From IMG/VR virus record IMGVR_UViG_3300032323_001444, positions 1-53,330 of that record: DNA of 53,330 nucleotides; one strand, given 5' to 3'. The notes beneath the pieces are model-generated. The model ran no database searches. It was not told the origin of the DNA and saw nothing but the letters and a program-made list of their open reading frames with translations. A program made the translations under genes and the position numbers. Each line of letters opens with the position of its first letter. The first letter of the stretch is position 1. Source of the stretch: a virus (Duplodnaviria > Caudoviricetes). This document shows, one piece after another, positions 15,347 through 25,696 of this stretch.

Positions 15347-17553
15347 TGGAACCCAAGCAGCAAAAGATACCAAACGATCTGTTTCCGCAGATGTTGGCTA
15401 ATATCACAGCTAAGTTACGTAAGCCGCCTCAGATGGCAGCCTTGCAACGCCCTGAATCAACAGGCATGCGCGGTAGCTTTAAGGTAACCTCTACCGAAGT
15501 AGAAGACGACGATATCCTTGGTATCGACATTGAACCTAACCAGTGGTCAGTAGATCCAAAAGAACAACCCGAAGAAGCCAAGAAGGTAATCGGTTATGTT
15601 CGCAACCAGTTTGATGAAGCATATCGTGCGCGACAGGAGATGGAAATCGAGTGGGCGCAGGCTTTGGCCTTCTTTGAAGGTAGGCAGTGGTTTCGCATTA
15701 ACAGTCAGACGCGCAACCTTGTAACACTTCAAAGTGACAGAGATCCACCGCACCGCTACATGACCGTCAATAAGATGAGACCCCTTATCGATGGTGTTGT
15801 TGGGAAACTGACTCAAGTAGCTCCGGACTGTCGCGCTGTACCTTTGTCTTACAATCCTAAGGACCAGCAAGCTGCTGATGAAGCTAACTTTATTGCCGGC
15901 CACTATACACGAAAGTTCTCGCGCGAGACACAGACTAAAGAACGAGTACGATGGGCTTGTATTACTGGCACCAGCTTTGTAAAGATGAGCTGGAATGCAA
16001 AGTCTCCAGTAGTCATACCAATGCGTGACTTGGATAGCGGTGAGATTACTGGTTACAAAGAACTACCGCTTGGTGACGTAGACGAAGAGATCGTCCCATG
16101 TTTCAATGTATTCTTGGATCCTAAAGCACTTCGTGACGAGGATGTTCGCTACATTATTCATGCATCAATTAAGCCGCTTTCATGGTTCGTAGACAACTAT
16201 GGTGACGCTGGTAAGTTAGTTCAACCAGATGCCATTAGTGGGCAGAATGCCGGCTACGTAGACGCATACCTAGAAGGCGCTAACGCAAGTGGTACGGGAT
16301 GGGTTCAACCGTCAACATCCAGGCTGAACAATGTAGACATAAAGAAAGCTAGTTCCATTGTCTATGAGTACTGGGAAAAACCTACTGCTATCTATCCAAA
16401 CGGACGCTACATTGTAAGTACAAACACAGCCCTTTTGTACGCTGGGGATTGGCCATATAGCAAGAAGGACAAGTTTCCTTTTATCCCGCTTCGATGGCAA
16501 CCTAGATCTGGTACTCCTTACGGTCATAGCTTGGCGTTCGATTTGTGTCCATTGCAACTTGGGTACAACCGCGTTTACAGTCGCATGATTGAGCAGTTTG
16601 AACAGAACAAAGACTACATCATGGTTGAGCGTGGGGCGAACATTGGCGCCGATGCTTTCCAGCAGTCAAGTGATGACATTGATGACAAGGGACGTATATA
16701 CCGAAAGGTCTATTACAACCGGGGTACACAGCCACCTCAAATCCAAAGAGCGCCTGGAATCTCCAACGAGATCTTCCCGATGCTTCAATCATTTGAGAAA
16801 GACATGATGGATATTGCTGGCCTGCATGACGTTAGTCAAGGACAGGCACAAGCCGGCACGCCAGCTGAAGCAGTTAAGTTACTGCAAAGAGCTGACAACA
16901 CACAGCATAGTTACATCCGGGCTGACATTGAACGGAGCATTGCGGCAATCAAAGAGTGGGAGATTTCCCTAGTCGAACAGTTTGCTGTTGCGCCATTCAT
17001 TGGATCAGTCGATGACAACGTGAATCCACGCAATGAGATTCAACAGGGAATCATTAGTTACGATTCAATCCGATCTGGTGGACAATACCGAGTTGTTTAC
17101 ATACCAGGTTCATCACAACGTGAGTCGGATGATCAGAAACTACAGAAGGTTGTCATGCTTCGTCAGATGGGCTTATTCGGTGACCCGAATGACCCAGAGA
17201 CAAACGCTATGGTTGTCCGTATGTTACAGTTGCCTGAAACATCTGACATCCTGCAAAACCTTGCATATCAAGCTCAGAAGCAGCAGGCTATGCAGCAACA
17301 GATGCAGCAGATGCAGCAAGCACAACTTGCAGCACAACAGAAATTTAATCCTGAGGCAGAGCAGATGAAGTCGCAACTTCAGATGCAGCAGGATCAAGCT
17401 AAGGCAATGCTCGACGTTCAGAAGATGCAAGAGCAAGCCAAGATTGAAACTAACAACTATGCGGCTAAGGCCATCACAGATGTTAGTAAGGACCTAATCT
17501 CCGATAGAGGAGCAGGGGAAGCGCAGCAACAGGGTACTCGCGTACCAAAATAA
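15346..17553 (+). CDS. Portal protein (P22-like)
   Basis: Position after terL; FFEGRQW, VNKMRP and FPFIP motifs; Gln-rich coiled C-terminal barrel. Confidence 0.88.
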   Translation: MEPKQQKIPNDLFPQMLANITAKLRKPPQMAALQRPESTGMRGSFKVTSTEVEDDDILGIDIEPNQWSVDPKEQPEEAKKVIGYVRNQFDEAYRARQEMEIEWAQALAFFEGRQWFRINSQTRNLVTLQSDRDPPHRYMTVNKMRPLIDGVVGKLTQVAPDCRAVPLSYNPKDQQAADEANFIAGHYTRKFSRETQTKERVRWACITGTSFVKMSWNAKSPVVIPMRDLDSGEITGYKELPLGDVDEEIVPCFNVFLDPKALRDEDVRYIIHASIKPLSWFVDNYGDAGKLVQPDAISGQNAGYVDAYLEGANASGTGWVQPSTSRLNNVDIKKASSIVYEYWEKPTAIYPNGRYIVSTNTALLYAGDWPYSKKDKFPFIPLRWQPRSGTPYGHSLAFDLCPLQLGYNRVYSRMIEQFEQNKDYIMVERGANIGADAFQQSSDDIDDKGRIYRKVYYNRGTQPPQIQRAPGISNEIFPMLQSFEKDMMDIAGLHDVSQGQAQAGTPAEAVKLLQRADNTQHSYIRADIERSIAAIKEWEISLVEQFAVAPFIGSVDDNVNPRNEIQQGIISYDSIRSGGQYRVVYIPGSSQRESDDQKLQKVVMLRQMGLFGDPNDPETNAMVVRMLQLPETSDILQNLAYQAQKQQAMQQQMQQMQQAQLAAQQKFNPEAEQMKSQLQMQQDQAKAMLDVQKMQEQAKIETNNYAAKAITDVSKDLISDRGAGEAQQQGTRVPK

Positions 17554-17563
17554 AAAGTTGATG

Positions 17564-17572
17564 TGCTAAGAT
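17564..17572 (+). promoter_or_regulatory. Extended -10 promoter for scaffold/capsid genes
   Basis: TG-C-TAAGAT directly followed by AGGAG. Confidence 0.5.
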
Positions 17573-17587
17573 AGGAGTAACTGATAC

Positions 17588-18472
17588 ATGCCTGAAGAGA
17601 TGGTGACACGGACCGCTGACTCACCAGCAGCGGCGACGGGCGAGTCAGGAATGATGAACGCGGTTCGGGACTTTATCCAGGAGAACGCCGCTCCCGGAGA
17701 TAACTCGCAATGGGCGACAAGCGAGCAAGATGGTCAGGCTGCGAGTCAAGATTACGATGGTGGTTACGAAGATGCTAACTACGACGACATCCTAGATGAA
17801 GTCTTAGGTATCAATCGGAATGTAACACCTGAAGCACCCGAGGAGCAGCCGGGCGCTGTACCCTACGAAAGGTTTCGTGAGGTAAATGAAAAGGCACGGC
17901 AGCTTCAAGACGTTGAGTCGAAACTTAGCAAGTGGAGTTCAGTTATTGAACAACTTGAAAGTCAGGGGTACGGAGACGCTGAGGCAGTGCTTGCCGCGCA
18001 AGCGGAACAGGCAGCAAAAGCCGAGGAAGCACAACTTCGCCAGTACTATCAAGGCTTAGTAGACCAACAAGGTGTAGATCCAAACGTTGCACAGATGCAG
18101 ATGGAAGCTCAGCTTTCTAAGATGCAGTATGAGCGACAGATGGAAGAAGTCAACAACTATATGATGATGCAACAGAGAGATGTTGCATTGGACCAGTTCC
18201 CGTTGGCCGCGCGCGCACCTGCGCTCGTAGACAATCTCATTGCCGCTGGATATGACCCATATCAAGCAGTAGAGGCTGTACACGAACAGGTTCGCACAAT
18301 CGTTTCTTCACTCGTACCCGAAGTTGCTGCTAAAGTAAGTCAGGGCCGTCGCGCACCACAACCTATTGGACAGAGCGGATCGCCTCGTATGGCGCCTGCG
18401 AACAATGGCCAACAGAAGCGTGGTGGATGGTCAGATCTTCTTGGTATCAACCGAGGACGAAATTCGATCTAA
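17588..18472 (+). CDS. Capsid scaffolding protein
   Basis: Acidic, helical, VPYERFREVN motif; between portal and capsid. Confidence 0.75.
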   Translation: MPEEMVTRTADSPAAATGESGMMNAVRDFIQENAAPGDNSQWATSEQDGQAASQDYDGGYEDANYDDILDEVLGINRNVTPEAPEEQPGAVPYERFREVNEKARQLQDVESKLSKWSSVIEQLESQGYGDAEAVLAAQAEQAAKAEEAQLRQYYQGLVDQQGVDPNVAQMQMEAQLSKMQYERQMEEVNNYMMMQQRDVALDQFPLAARAPALVDNLIAAGYDPYQAVEAVHEQVRTIVSSLVPEVAAKVSQGRRAPQPIGQSGSPRMAPANNGQQKRGGWSDLLGINRGRNSI

Positions 18473-18484
18473 GAGGATTAAATT

Positions 18485-19510
18485 ATGCCAGACGCAAATG
18501 CATTGACACTTGCTGACCAAGCTATTATCTCGAACGACCCATTGGTGAAGGAGATCACAAAGTCTCTTCACCAGACATGGAACGCTTTGAAGGATATCCC
18601 GCTTGTCACGAACCCTTCTCTCCGCCAGGTTGGCACTCGTATGATCAACCAGGCTAACGCTTTCCCAACGATCAACTGGGCTACGATTAACGAAGAACCA
18701 GTTGTTTCCAAGGGTAAGCCGAAGCAGTACGAAGAATCCATGTACCTGATCCGTAACAAGATCCAGGTTGACCATGTTCTTCTTGATCAGCCAAACAACA
18801 TTGTTGACCCTGTTCAAATGCAGATCAACTACTTCATGGAAGCACTCGCCTACGATTTCAATCAGAAACTGATTGATAATGATCCGACGTCAACTGCCGC
18901 TGGCAACGACGTGGATTGTTTCCCTGGACTTCGTTATCGCCTGACAAACCCAGAGCAGTTTGACATTCCAGCTGAAATGTCTATCAATGGTAACGGAGCT
19001 TCCGGTGCTGACTTGACGACAACTGCTGGTACAAACCGTTTCATGGAGCGCCTACAAGCTCTCCTCGATAACATGAACGCTCCAGACGGAGATGGCGTCG
19101 TCATTTACGTATCTGAAGCGCTCAAGCGTGCTATTGAGTTCGGTATCCGTACTATGGGTATCGGCGCTGGATTTGACGTTACCAAGGACTCATACGACCG
19201 TCCAGTCGAAATGTACAAGGGTGCAAAGATTCGTTCTGTCGGACGTCGATCTGATGGTGTGACGCACATCCTTGGTCCTGAAACAGCCGCTGGTGTTCCT
19301 ACTACTGGCACTAACTTCCAGTCGCTATTCGCCGTTCGTTACGGTGATGGTTACTGTACAGGATGGCAGCCAGGCCCATTCAAGCCAACTTACCTTGGTT
19401 TGTCAAAGGAAAACGGCGTCCTTCACAACATCGTATTCGACTGGGGTGTCGGTCTTTGGGTCCCACACACGCGTGCGATCGGTCGCGTCTTCAACGTTAA
19501 GATTGCTTAA
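18485..19510 (+). CDS. Major capsid protein (HK97 fold, BPP-1-like)
   Basis: 341 aa after scaffold; LTLAD start, FPGLRYRL, SLFAVRYG, AIGRVFNV end. Confidence 0.85.
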   Translation: MPDANALTLADQAIISNDPLVKEITKSLHQTWNALKDIPLVTNPSLRQVGTRMINQANAFPTINWATINEEPVVSKGKPKQYEESMYLIRNKIQVDHVLLDQPNNIVDPVQMQINYFMEALAYDFNQKLIDNDPTSTAAGNDVDCFPGLRYRLTNPEQFDIPAEMSINGNGASGADLTTTAGTNRFMERLQALLDNMNAPDGDGVVIYVSEALKRAIEFGIRTMGIGAGFDVTKDSYDRPVEMYKGAKIRSVGRRSDGVTHILGPETAAGVPTTGTNFQSLFAVRYGDGYCTGWQPGPFKPTYLGLSKENGVLHNIVFDWGVGLWVPHTRAIGRVFNVKIA

Positions 19511-19520
19511 GGAGTAAATT

Positions 19521-20051
19521 ATGGCAAGAGATGGATTGCTTTTGTTTCCTACGTTTGCTGGAGGATCCGCCGCTGTAGGTGGTACCAAGCAAACTTCAGC
19601 TACTCTGACTATTGATCCTTTTATTCAAGGTCATCGTCGTGAGCTGATCGTTCGTTTCACAGTTAACGCAACAACAGTTACTGGTTCGCCAACTGGTATT
19701 GCTTGGGTTTTCAGTGTAGAAGCATCTAAGGATGGAACTAACTTCTTCACTGTTGCCGGCACTCCAGGTCAGGTACTTGGTGCAGCAACCACTGGAACAT
19801 TTGCACAACTTGCAGATGGATTCAAAATGACGGTTGGTGCCGTTACAGCGAATATTCCTGATGGTGGCGTTACGGCGTTCCTTCCAGTAATTGTCCCACA
19901 GAGCTTTGTTGATTCAACGGGTGCTGTTGTTGACAACTACAACAGACTGCGTGTAACAGCTACTCCAGTCTTCAACGGTGGTACAACTCCTAACGTGACA
20001 TATGTCTCTGCGGCAGCCATCGTTTCCGGTAAGGATGGGGCTTACTCGTAA
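19521..20051 (+). CDS. Putative capsid cement/decoration protein
   Basis: Beta-rich 176 aa directly after the capsid gene; AAGGAG RBS. Confidence 0.55.
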   Translation: MARDGLLLFPTFAGGSAAVGGTKQTSATLTIDPFIQGHRRELIVRFTVNATTVTGSPTGIAWVFSVEASKDGTNFFTVAGTPGQVLGAATTGTFAQLADGFKMTVGAVTANIPDGGVTAFLPVIVPQSFVDSTGAVVDNYNRLRVTATPVFNGGTTPNVTYVSAAAIVSGKDGAYS

Positions 20052-20698
20052 TGACTAGGGGAGAGATCAAACGGAGATTCCGGCTACTAGGTCGGCATTA
20101 CTTCGGTTCGGATGCGGACCAAGATCCGTTTGGTCTCGAACTCCTAATCGTTGAGACGACCAACCAGATTGCTCGAGCTACCGACTGCTACTTTGGCCGT
20201 CGGTATCTCGATCTGGTCGCAGATACAAAAGAGTACTGCGCTCCGGATCTATATAAGATCCGTAACATACAAGCCAAAAACAACCTTGGCGAGTATCGAC
20301 GTATGCGTTTGTTTGATGCGTTCGATCAAAAGGTTGACCAATTTAGAAGTGATGCAACCGCTTCATATCCTGAATACGCTGTCATGCATGGAATGAATAG
20401 GATTGGTGTTTACCCAATTCCTAATGCAGCCGTAACACAAGGATTACTTGTTGAGGGATATGCTATCCCTGGTGATTACTGGGTTTACTCGACTACTGGC
20501 GTAGCACAGACGCCTACTGACAATGACGAATGTCCATTGCCAGATGTAGCTCACGATTGCGTTGTTTATGGAATGTTGGCTAACAAAGCTGCCATGATTG
20601 GTAACGAGGCTGGATTTGTTATCTACAACAATCAATACAACGAGCGCCTTGGACTGGTAGAGTCCTACGCGGCTACGTACTCCAGGAGAACACCGTAA
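20051..20698 (+). CDS. Head-tail adaptor protein
   Basis: MTRGEIK start, IGVYPIP, CPLPDVAHDCVVYG: adaptor-type pattern. Confidence 0.7.
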   Translation: MTRGEIKRRFRLLGRHYFGSDADQDPFGLELLIVETTNQIARATDCYFGRRYLDLVADTKEYCAPDLYKIRNIQAKNNLGEYRRMRLFDAFDQKVDQFRSDATASYPEYAVMHGMNRIGVYPIPNAAVTQGLLVEGYAIPGDYWVYSTTGVAQTPTDNDECPLPDVAHDCVVYGMLANKAAMIGNEAGFVIYNNQYNERLGLVESYAATYSRRTP

Positions 20699-21444
20699 TG
20701 GCGCAAACTATACAGACTATACGCAAAGAGGTCTACAAGCTCCTAAACGAAGCCACAAACAGTACTGTAGGCGCATTGTCTACAGGTCTTGGCACGGTAG
20801 CGGCTGGTGATGACAGCGACTCCAATATCAATAGATTTATCATGGAGGGTGTCGCCGACCTATGTCGATCATGCGTTGCGATTCCAGCCAATGGAACTCT
20901 TGCTTTTGGGCCTAGTATTCGAACTAAACAACTATCAGATGTATCAATAACGCTGCCGGCTGCTGGTCAGTTATGGTTTCCTTCAGATGTTTACTTGTCC
21001 ACTACTAGACTTACTCATGCAAGTGAATCAAGTATTCGTTCGCACGACCTTGGATACGCTGCAAATATTACGGCTACTACAACCAATGTGACTCATTGGT
21101 ATCGACACGATAACTACGCAATAAGCCTGTATCCATTCTGTAGTTCCGCTCTGACGGTTACTGTATACGGCTACGGTATTCCTGATACCACACTTAGTGG
21201 TATTGCCGGGACCGACAACCTAAAGTCTTTCTCTTTCCTTCCTGATGACATTCTCCGACAATCTCTGGCTGCATATGCTGCCAACAAAGTTGTCATGAAA
21301 AACGTTGATGATCCGACATTAGCTGAAAGGTCATTCTGGAATAACATGTATAACGGCATTCGTATGCAGTTGTACATTCAGTTGGATACTGGTCTTAAAG
21401 GGCCTGGTGGCCCATTTGCAATCCCTCCGGTGCAACCAAAATGA
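20698..21444 (+). CDS. Second adaptor-like virion protein
   Basis: IRKEVYKLLNE start, ISLYP, LPDD...LAAYAA; same layout as the preceding gene. Confidence 0.55.
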   Translation: MAQTIQTIRKEVYKLLNEATNSTVGALSTGLGTVAAGDDSDSNINRFIMEGVADLCRSCVAIPANGTLAFGPSIRTKQLSDVSITLPAAGQLWFPSDVYLSTTRLTHASESSIRSHDLGYAANITATTTNVTHWYRHDNYAISLYPFCSSALTVTVYGYGIPDTTLSGIAGTDNLKSFSFLPDDILRQSLAAYAANKVVMKNVDDPTLAERSFWNNMYNGIRMQLYIQLDTGLKGPGGPFAIPPVQPK

Positions 21445-21737
21445 ACGTAGCATGGGGCCGCATGATCCTTATCGCAGCAGGTGCGTTTATTGCATCAGCG
21501 GCGCCAGAGTTTGATTCTGCATGGAAGCAACAACATATTCCTGATACAGCATCTTTTGGTACGGTGACTCGCGCTCTACTTCTTTCTGGCATTGAGGGCC
21601 TTCGTGCTGGTATACCCGCTATGACAACCGCGTTGATTGCTTTCTTCATGAGGCAAGATAGCTGTCTTCCGGTTTTCTCGGCAAAACTACCGGAGGTACA
21701 CAAAGTCAGTGAAACGACGAGGGACATCGATGGATAA
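21441..21737 (+). CDS. Membrane protein, possible holin/antiholin
   Basis: Two hydrophobic segments; adjacent to a holin-like gene. Confidence 0.5.
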   Translation: MNVAWGRMILIAAGAFIASAAPEFDSAWKQQHIPDTASFGTVTRALLLSGIEGLRAGIPAMTTALIAFFMRQDSCLPVFSAKLPEVHKVSETTRDIDG

Positions 21738-22014
21738 GTTGCATATTGACTGGAATCAATTACTGGCTGGGTTTATTGGCGCAGTAATAGGTACTGATTG
21801 GCCTAAGATTAAGTCGATTATACAAGGCATAATTACTGTTTTGTCTGGCACTGCTTCCGCAATATATTTAACGCCGTTGGTTGCAAAGCAGATTGGTTGG
21901 GACCAACCACATGAAATGATTGGGTTATCATTCCTGCTTGGGACGTTAGGCCTTAGGAGTGTCCAGGCGTTTAATATACTAATTGAGAAGACGCTAACAA
22001 AGGTAAGTCAGTGA
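21730..22014 (+). CDS. Putative holin
   Basis: ~94 aa, 2-3 TM segments, AGFIGA...AIYLTP...SFLLGTLG. Confidence 0.65.
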   Translation: MDKLHIDWNQLLAGFIGAVIGTDWPKIKSIIQGIITVLSGTASAIYLTPLVAKQIGWDQPHEMIGLSFLLGTLGLRSVQAFNILIEKTLTKVSQ

Positions 22015-22271
22015 CATATCACGAATCTGCGCAGATATTTCGAGCTGATGTGATTCCAGATGGTCGATTGATTATTTGGTGGAATGAATCAGAGTCGCTT
22101 GTTTTTGATAATGAACAAGCATTTGCAGATTATTGCTCGTCCCTTACGCCGCAAATAAAATTGCTGCTTAGGACATTATTACTTTTGGATTATTCAGAGC
22201 AAAGGATCGACGGTAAAACAGCTTCGTTATCGATCAGTGACCCTGATGATATTTGGGTAATAGCGTCATGA
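22011..22271 (+). CDS. Small acidic protein, module A gene 1
   Basis: GTGA overlap; 86 aa. Confidence 0.65.
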   Translation: MTYHESAQIFRADVIPDGRLIIWWNESESLVFDNEQAFADYCSSLTPQIKLLLRTLLLLDYSEQRIDGKTASLSISDPDDIWVIAS

Positions 22272-23362
22272 TCATAAATAGTGTTGGTAGATACAGCACT
22301 GCTTTCCAGCCAGCATTCGGTTACTCCACATGGACGTTCAATGCTGCTAGTCAATACATAGTTAATGTCTATACTGCTGAAGAAAACATGACTATAACAC
22401 AGCTAGGTATGTGTGTGTCTGCATCATCGGGTACGCCTCCTGTGCGTATTGCTATGTGGCAATACGTAAAAGGACAATCACTACCAGCAAACCCATTAAC
22501 CACTAAGACATATACAGATGCAAACCCTATAAGTGTAGCTGCTGGAATTAGTACACCAACATTTATATGGTGGAACTTGACTACGCCACAATCTGTTACG
22601 CGGGGCAATACAGTTGCTATTGGTCTAGAGACATATGGTACATGGAGTGGAAGTTTATCTTTCGTTCAAACACAAGATCAAAGTAAGCGTGACTACACTT
22701 TATTGTCTGGGCAACCATTTGCGAGAACATGGACTCAAGACGCTTCTCCATTTCGATGGGGTGTGGCATCTACAACAAAATCCTATGGGTATCCCGTACA
22801 AAGTCAAAATATTGTAAATATAGGATCTTTTTCAACAAACACGCTTGGTGGCGTTGCATTTACTATTCCCACATCTATGGGGGCTACGTGTTTGTTACAA
22901 GGTGTTCTTCTACCAATAACTGCTAACACAAACTTTATAACAGCATCTCTGCGTTTATATAATGCTACGTCCTATCCACCAACGCTAATTACGTCAAGAG
23001 TTATAGCAGATGGAGGTACGCCATCGTTTACAAATGCATTTTACTCAAATAATGGACAGGTCTACATTCCATTCAATACACCGCAAACACTGACAACTGG
23101 TGTCAAGTATGTAGTTGGAATACAGAGCGGTGGTGACAATTTAAGTTTGGCTAAATTTGTTTACAACAGAGCGCAAGACGCGAACTGCCTTTCAGATATA
23201 CCTACATTTGGAGTTGAGGCCGACATTACGGCTAACACATGGACTGAATCAGGTACGTTTAGGTATGTGATTAGTCTTGACGTAGATAACTTTACGCCAG
23301 CAACTGGATCAAGCACTTTGACGGCAGCTCCTCGGTATACAATAAACCCAGGTATCAACTAA
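22268..23362 (+). CDS. Beta-rich putative receptor-binding protein, module A gene 2
   Basis: Two internal half-repeats (TTPQSVTRG / NTPQTLTTG); Thr/Ser/aromatic-rich. Confidence 0.6.
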   Translation: MIINSVGRYSTAFQPAFGYSTWTFNAASQYIVNVYTAEENMTITQLGMCVSASSGTPPVRIAMWQYVKGQSLPANPLTTKTYTDANPISVAAGISTPTFIWWNLTTPQSVTRGNTVAIGLETYGTWSGSLSFVQTQDQSKRDYTLLSGQPFARTWTQDASPFRWGVASTTKSYGYPVQSQNIVNIGSFSTNTLGGVAFTIPTSMGATCLLQGVLLPITANTNFITASLRLYNATSYPPTLITSRVIADGGTPSFTNAFYSNNGQVYIPFNTPQTLTTGVKYVVGIQSGGDNLSLAKFVYNRAQDANCLSDIPTFGVEADITANTWTESGTFRYVISLDVDNFTPATGSSTLTAAPRYTINPGIN

Positions 23363-24354
23363 TGCAGAAGCTCAAACAGAATGAAACAACAGCTACGTAC
23401 AGGCGCATCTATATGTTTCTGGCTTCTGCTACTGACGGATACACGGCTGTAACTTCATTGGTTGGTGCGACAGTTAACCTGTTCCGAAATGGTGTAGCAT
23501 TCGGTTCACAGCCAACTACACCAGCTTCATTGACTCATATCAGTGTTGGTCATTGGTATTACGAGATACCGCAAATATATCTCAGTGACCTTGGGATACT
23601 TACGGTTACAGTACAGGATACAAATATACGGCCTGTGGTTTTAATGGCTGAGGTGGTCGATTACAACTGGTATTCATCAACTGGTGCAACCGCAGCACAG
23701 GTATGGTCACATGCAGATAGGCAACTTACTGCAAGTCTAGATCCTACAGCTAGTCAAATTTGGGCAGCTGCGACTAGAACGCTTACTGGAGCTGTAACGG
23801 TATCCGGTAACGTAACTGTTGGAGGATTCACCGCAGGATCAATCACTAATGCCGCATTTGCGTCTGGTGCTATCTCATCAACTACAATTGCTAACAACGC
23901 GATCACCATGAGATTAGGTAATGATGCCACAACCAGTAACGCCAGGTTGACAACCTTTGACTCATTTGGTGGTTATCCATTGCTTTCAACTACAGCAAAT
24001 CATCAAGTCGCTGTAAATGCGTCAAATCATGCGGCCGCGAATGTCCATCAAATGCAAAATAATGTAATGACTGCAAATGCTACAGATTCAACATTTGTTA
24101 CGGAATTACAAACTGGCCTGTCGGCCCCAACTGCAATTCAAGTTGCTGATGCCGTATTAAACCGTAAGTTAGACAGTACAGGTGACGGTACAGACACGCT
24201 AAATGAACGCACTGTTCGATCTGCGTTACGTGCAATGCGTAACAAGGTCGTTGTTGCATCTGGTGTAATGACCGTATCTAAAGAAGACGATGCTACAACA
24301 GCGTGGTCCGCTACGCTTTCCAATACTGCTAACGTAACGGTGGACCCAACCTAA
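23362..24354 (+). CDS. Tail appendage protein, module A gene 3; paralog of 25693-26820
   Basis: AQVW/SQIW repeats; NASNHAAANVHQMQNN; SALRAMRN...EDDATTAW. Confidence 0.7.
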   Translation: MQKLKQNETTATYRRIYMFLASATDGYTAVTSLVGATVNLFRNGVAFGSQPTTPASLTHISVGHWYYEIPQIYLSDLGILTVTVQDTNIRPVVLMAEVVDYNWYSSTGATAAQVWSHADRQLTASLDPTASQIWAAATRTLTGAVTVSGNVTVGGFTAGSITNAAFASGAISSTTIANNAITMRLGNDATTSNARLTTFDSFGGYPLLSTTANHQVAVNASNHAAANVHQMQNNVMTANATDSTFVTELQTGLSAPTAIQVADAVLNRKLDSTGDGTDTLNERTVRSALRAMRNKVVVASGVMTVSKEDDATTAWSATLSNTANVTVDPT

Positions 24355-24575
24355 TGACTACGGTACTTAAGAACGTAGAGTACATTCGAGTTACAGCCCC
24401 TGTACCAAACTGGATTGTAAAAGCTGATGTCTATGACACGGAAGGTAACAAGGTTGCTGACTTTGGACTAGATGGCACTGATATAAACTCTTGGTGGAAT
24501 AGTCAGTCTGACGAATTTCAACTAGATATATTGTCAGTGTTTATCAACTATATTAAAGATGAAGTGACTCCTTAA
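24354..24575 (+). CDS. Small acidic protein, module B gene 1
   Basis: TAATG overlaps at both ends. Confidence 0.65.
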   Translation: MTTVLKNVEYIRVTAPVPNWIVKADVYDTEGNKVADFGLDGTDINSWWNSQSDEFQLDILSVFINYIKDEVTP

Positions 24576-25696
24576 TGGCTACGTACTATGTAAGAACTCC
24601 AGCAAATGGAGGTAGCGATGCTGCTGCTGGTACAAGTATTGCTACTGCTTGGGCTACTTTTACTAAAGTTTTTTCTGCATCTGGATTTACATCTGGTGAC
24701 ACAGTGTATGTCGAGCCGGGAGTTTATCGTCAAGTTGTATCAGCACTCAATACTTCGCCTACTACGCGAGCATTTGTAATTGGAGATTATAGCGGAGCAA
24801 TCTTTGGGACTCCGGGTGAAATTAGGTGGACAGGATATTCAACTGATGATGCTGCTGGTAGTGGTTCAACACTTTTAAATTTAAATGGTAGAGATAACAT
24901 TACAATTCGTGGAATAAGATTGGAAAATCAGGGTAGATGCATAGATGTACCATCTGGATCAATTAACATTGATATTGAAGACTGTGTTTTAGTAAATCAA
25001 GCTCAAGGCACTATAGCTATGTCATCAGGCGCAAGTGTTGCTTTAGGTTGCAATATTAGGCGGTGCATAATAAGCGGTTTATCGGATGCAATATTGATTG
25101 TTCCAAACTTAAACGGTGGTAGTGACTGGAACTTGAATCTTAATATTGAAAACTGTGTAATAACATCTACTATAAACCGTGGAATATTCTTTTCGTCATC
25201 AGGTTCTGGTCGTGTTGCGTCTGCTGTTACTGTAAAAAACTGCACCATACGTTCAGCCACAGGTATTCAAGCTGCTACAAACGCTTATGGAACTGGCCCA
25301 GCAGGAATTGTAGTGACAAACACTCTCTTTTATCAATGCACTACTGGTATAACAGCTGGGTCAACAGGACAGGTATCTGAAAACTTTAATAGGTTTACAA
25401 TGTGTTCTACTCCTACTACTAACATTGGAACTAACGGTGCTAACACGAACCTTGTTGGAAACCTAAACATAGACATGGGTAAATCATTTCTGTTTGCCCA
25501 TAATCCACGAATGCCTTGGTACATGCCTTACGTTGCCAACATCATTAATGAGGATGGTACTCCTACAGGTATGCCGACCAATGACGTACACGGGACAACA
25601 AGGCCAAACCCACCAGCCATAGGTGCATCAGAACAGACTACACTGTATTCATCTGGTGGCTTAGCTGCTAATCCATTAGCGGGGTACGTACGATGA
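24575..25696 (+). CDS. Right-handed beta-helix (pectin-lyase-like) tailspike/depolymerase-type protein, module B gene 2
   Basis: TYYVRT...GSD...GTS...AWAT, GDTVYVEPGVY, repeated IEDC/IRRC/IENC/VKNC rungs, PAIGA end. Confidence 0.75.
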   Translation: MATYYVRTPANGGSDAAAGTSIATAWATFTKVFSASGFTSGDTVYVEPGVYRQVVSALNTSPTTRAFVIGDYSGAIFGTPGEIRWTGYSTDDAAGSGSTLLNLNGRDNITIRGIRLENQGRCIDVPSGSINIDIEDCVLVNQAQGTIAMSSGASVALGCNIRRCIISGLSDAILIVPNLNGGSDWNLNLNIENCVITSTINRGIFFSSSGSGRVASAVTVKNCTIRSATGIQAATNAYGTGPAGIVVTNTLFYQCTTGITAGSTGQVSENFNRFTMCSTPTTNIGTNGANTNLVGNLNIDMGKSFLFAHNPRMPWYMPYVANIINEDGTPTGMPTNDVHGTTRPNPPAIGASEQTTLYSSGGLAANPLAGYVR

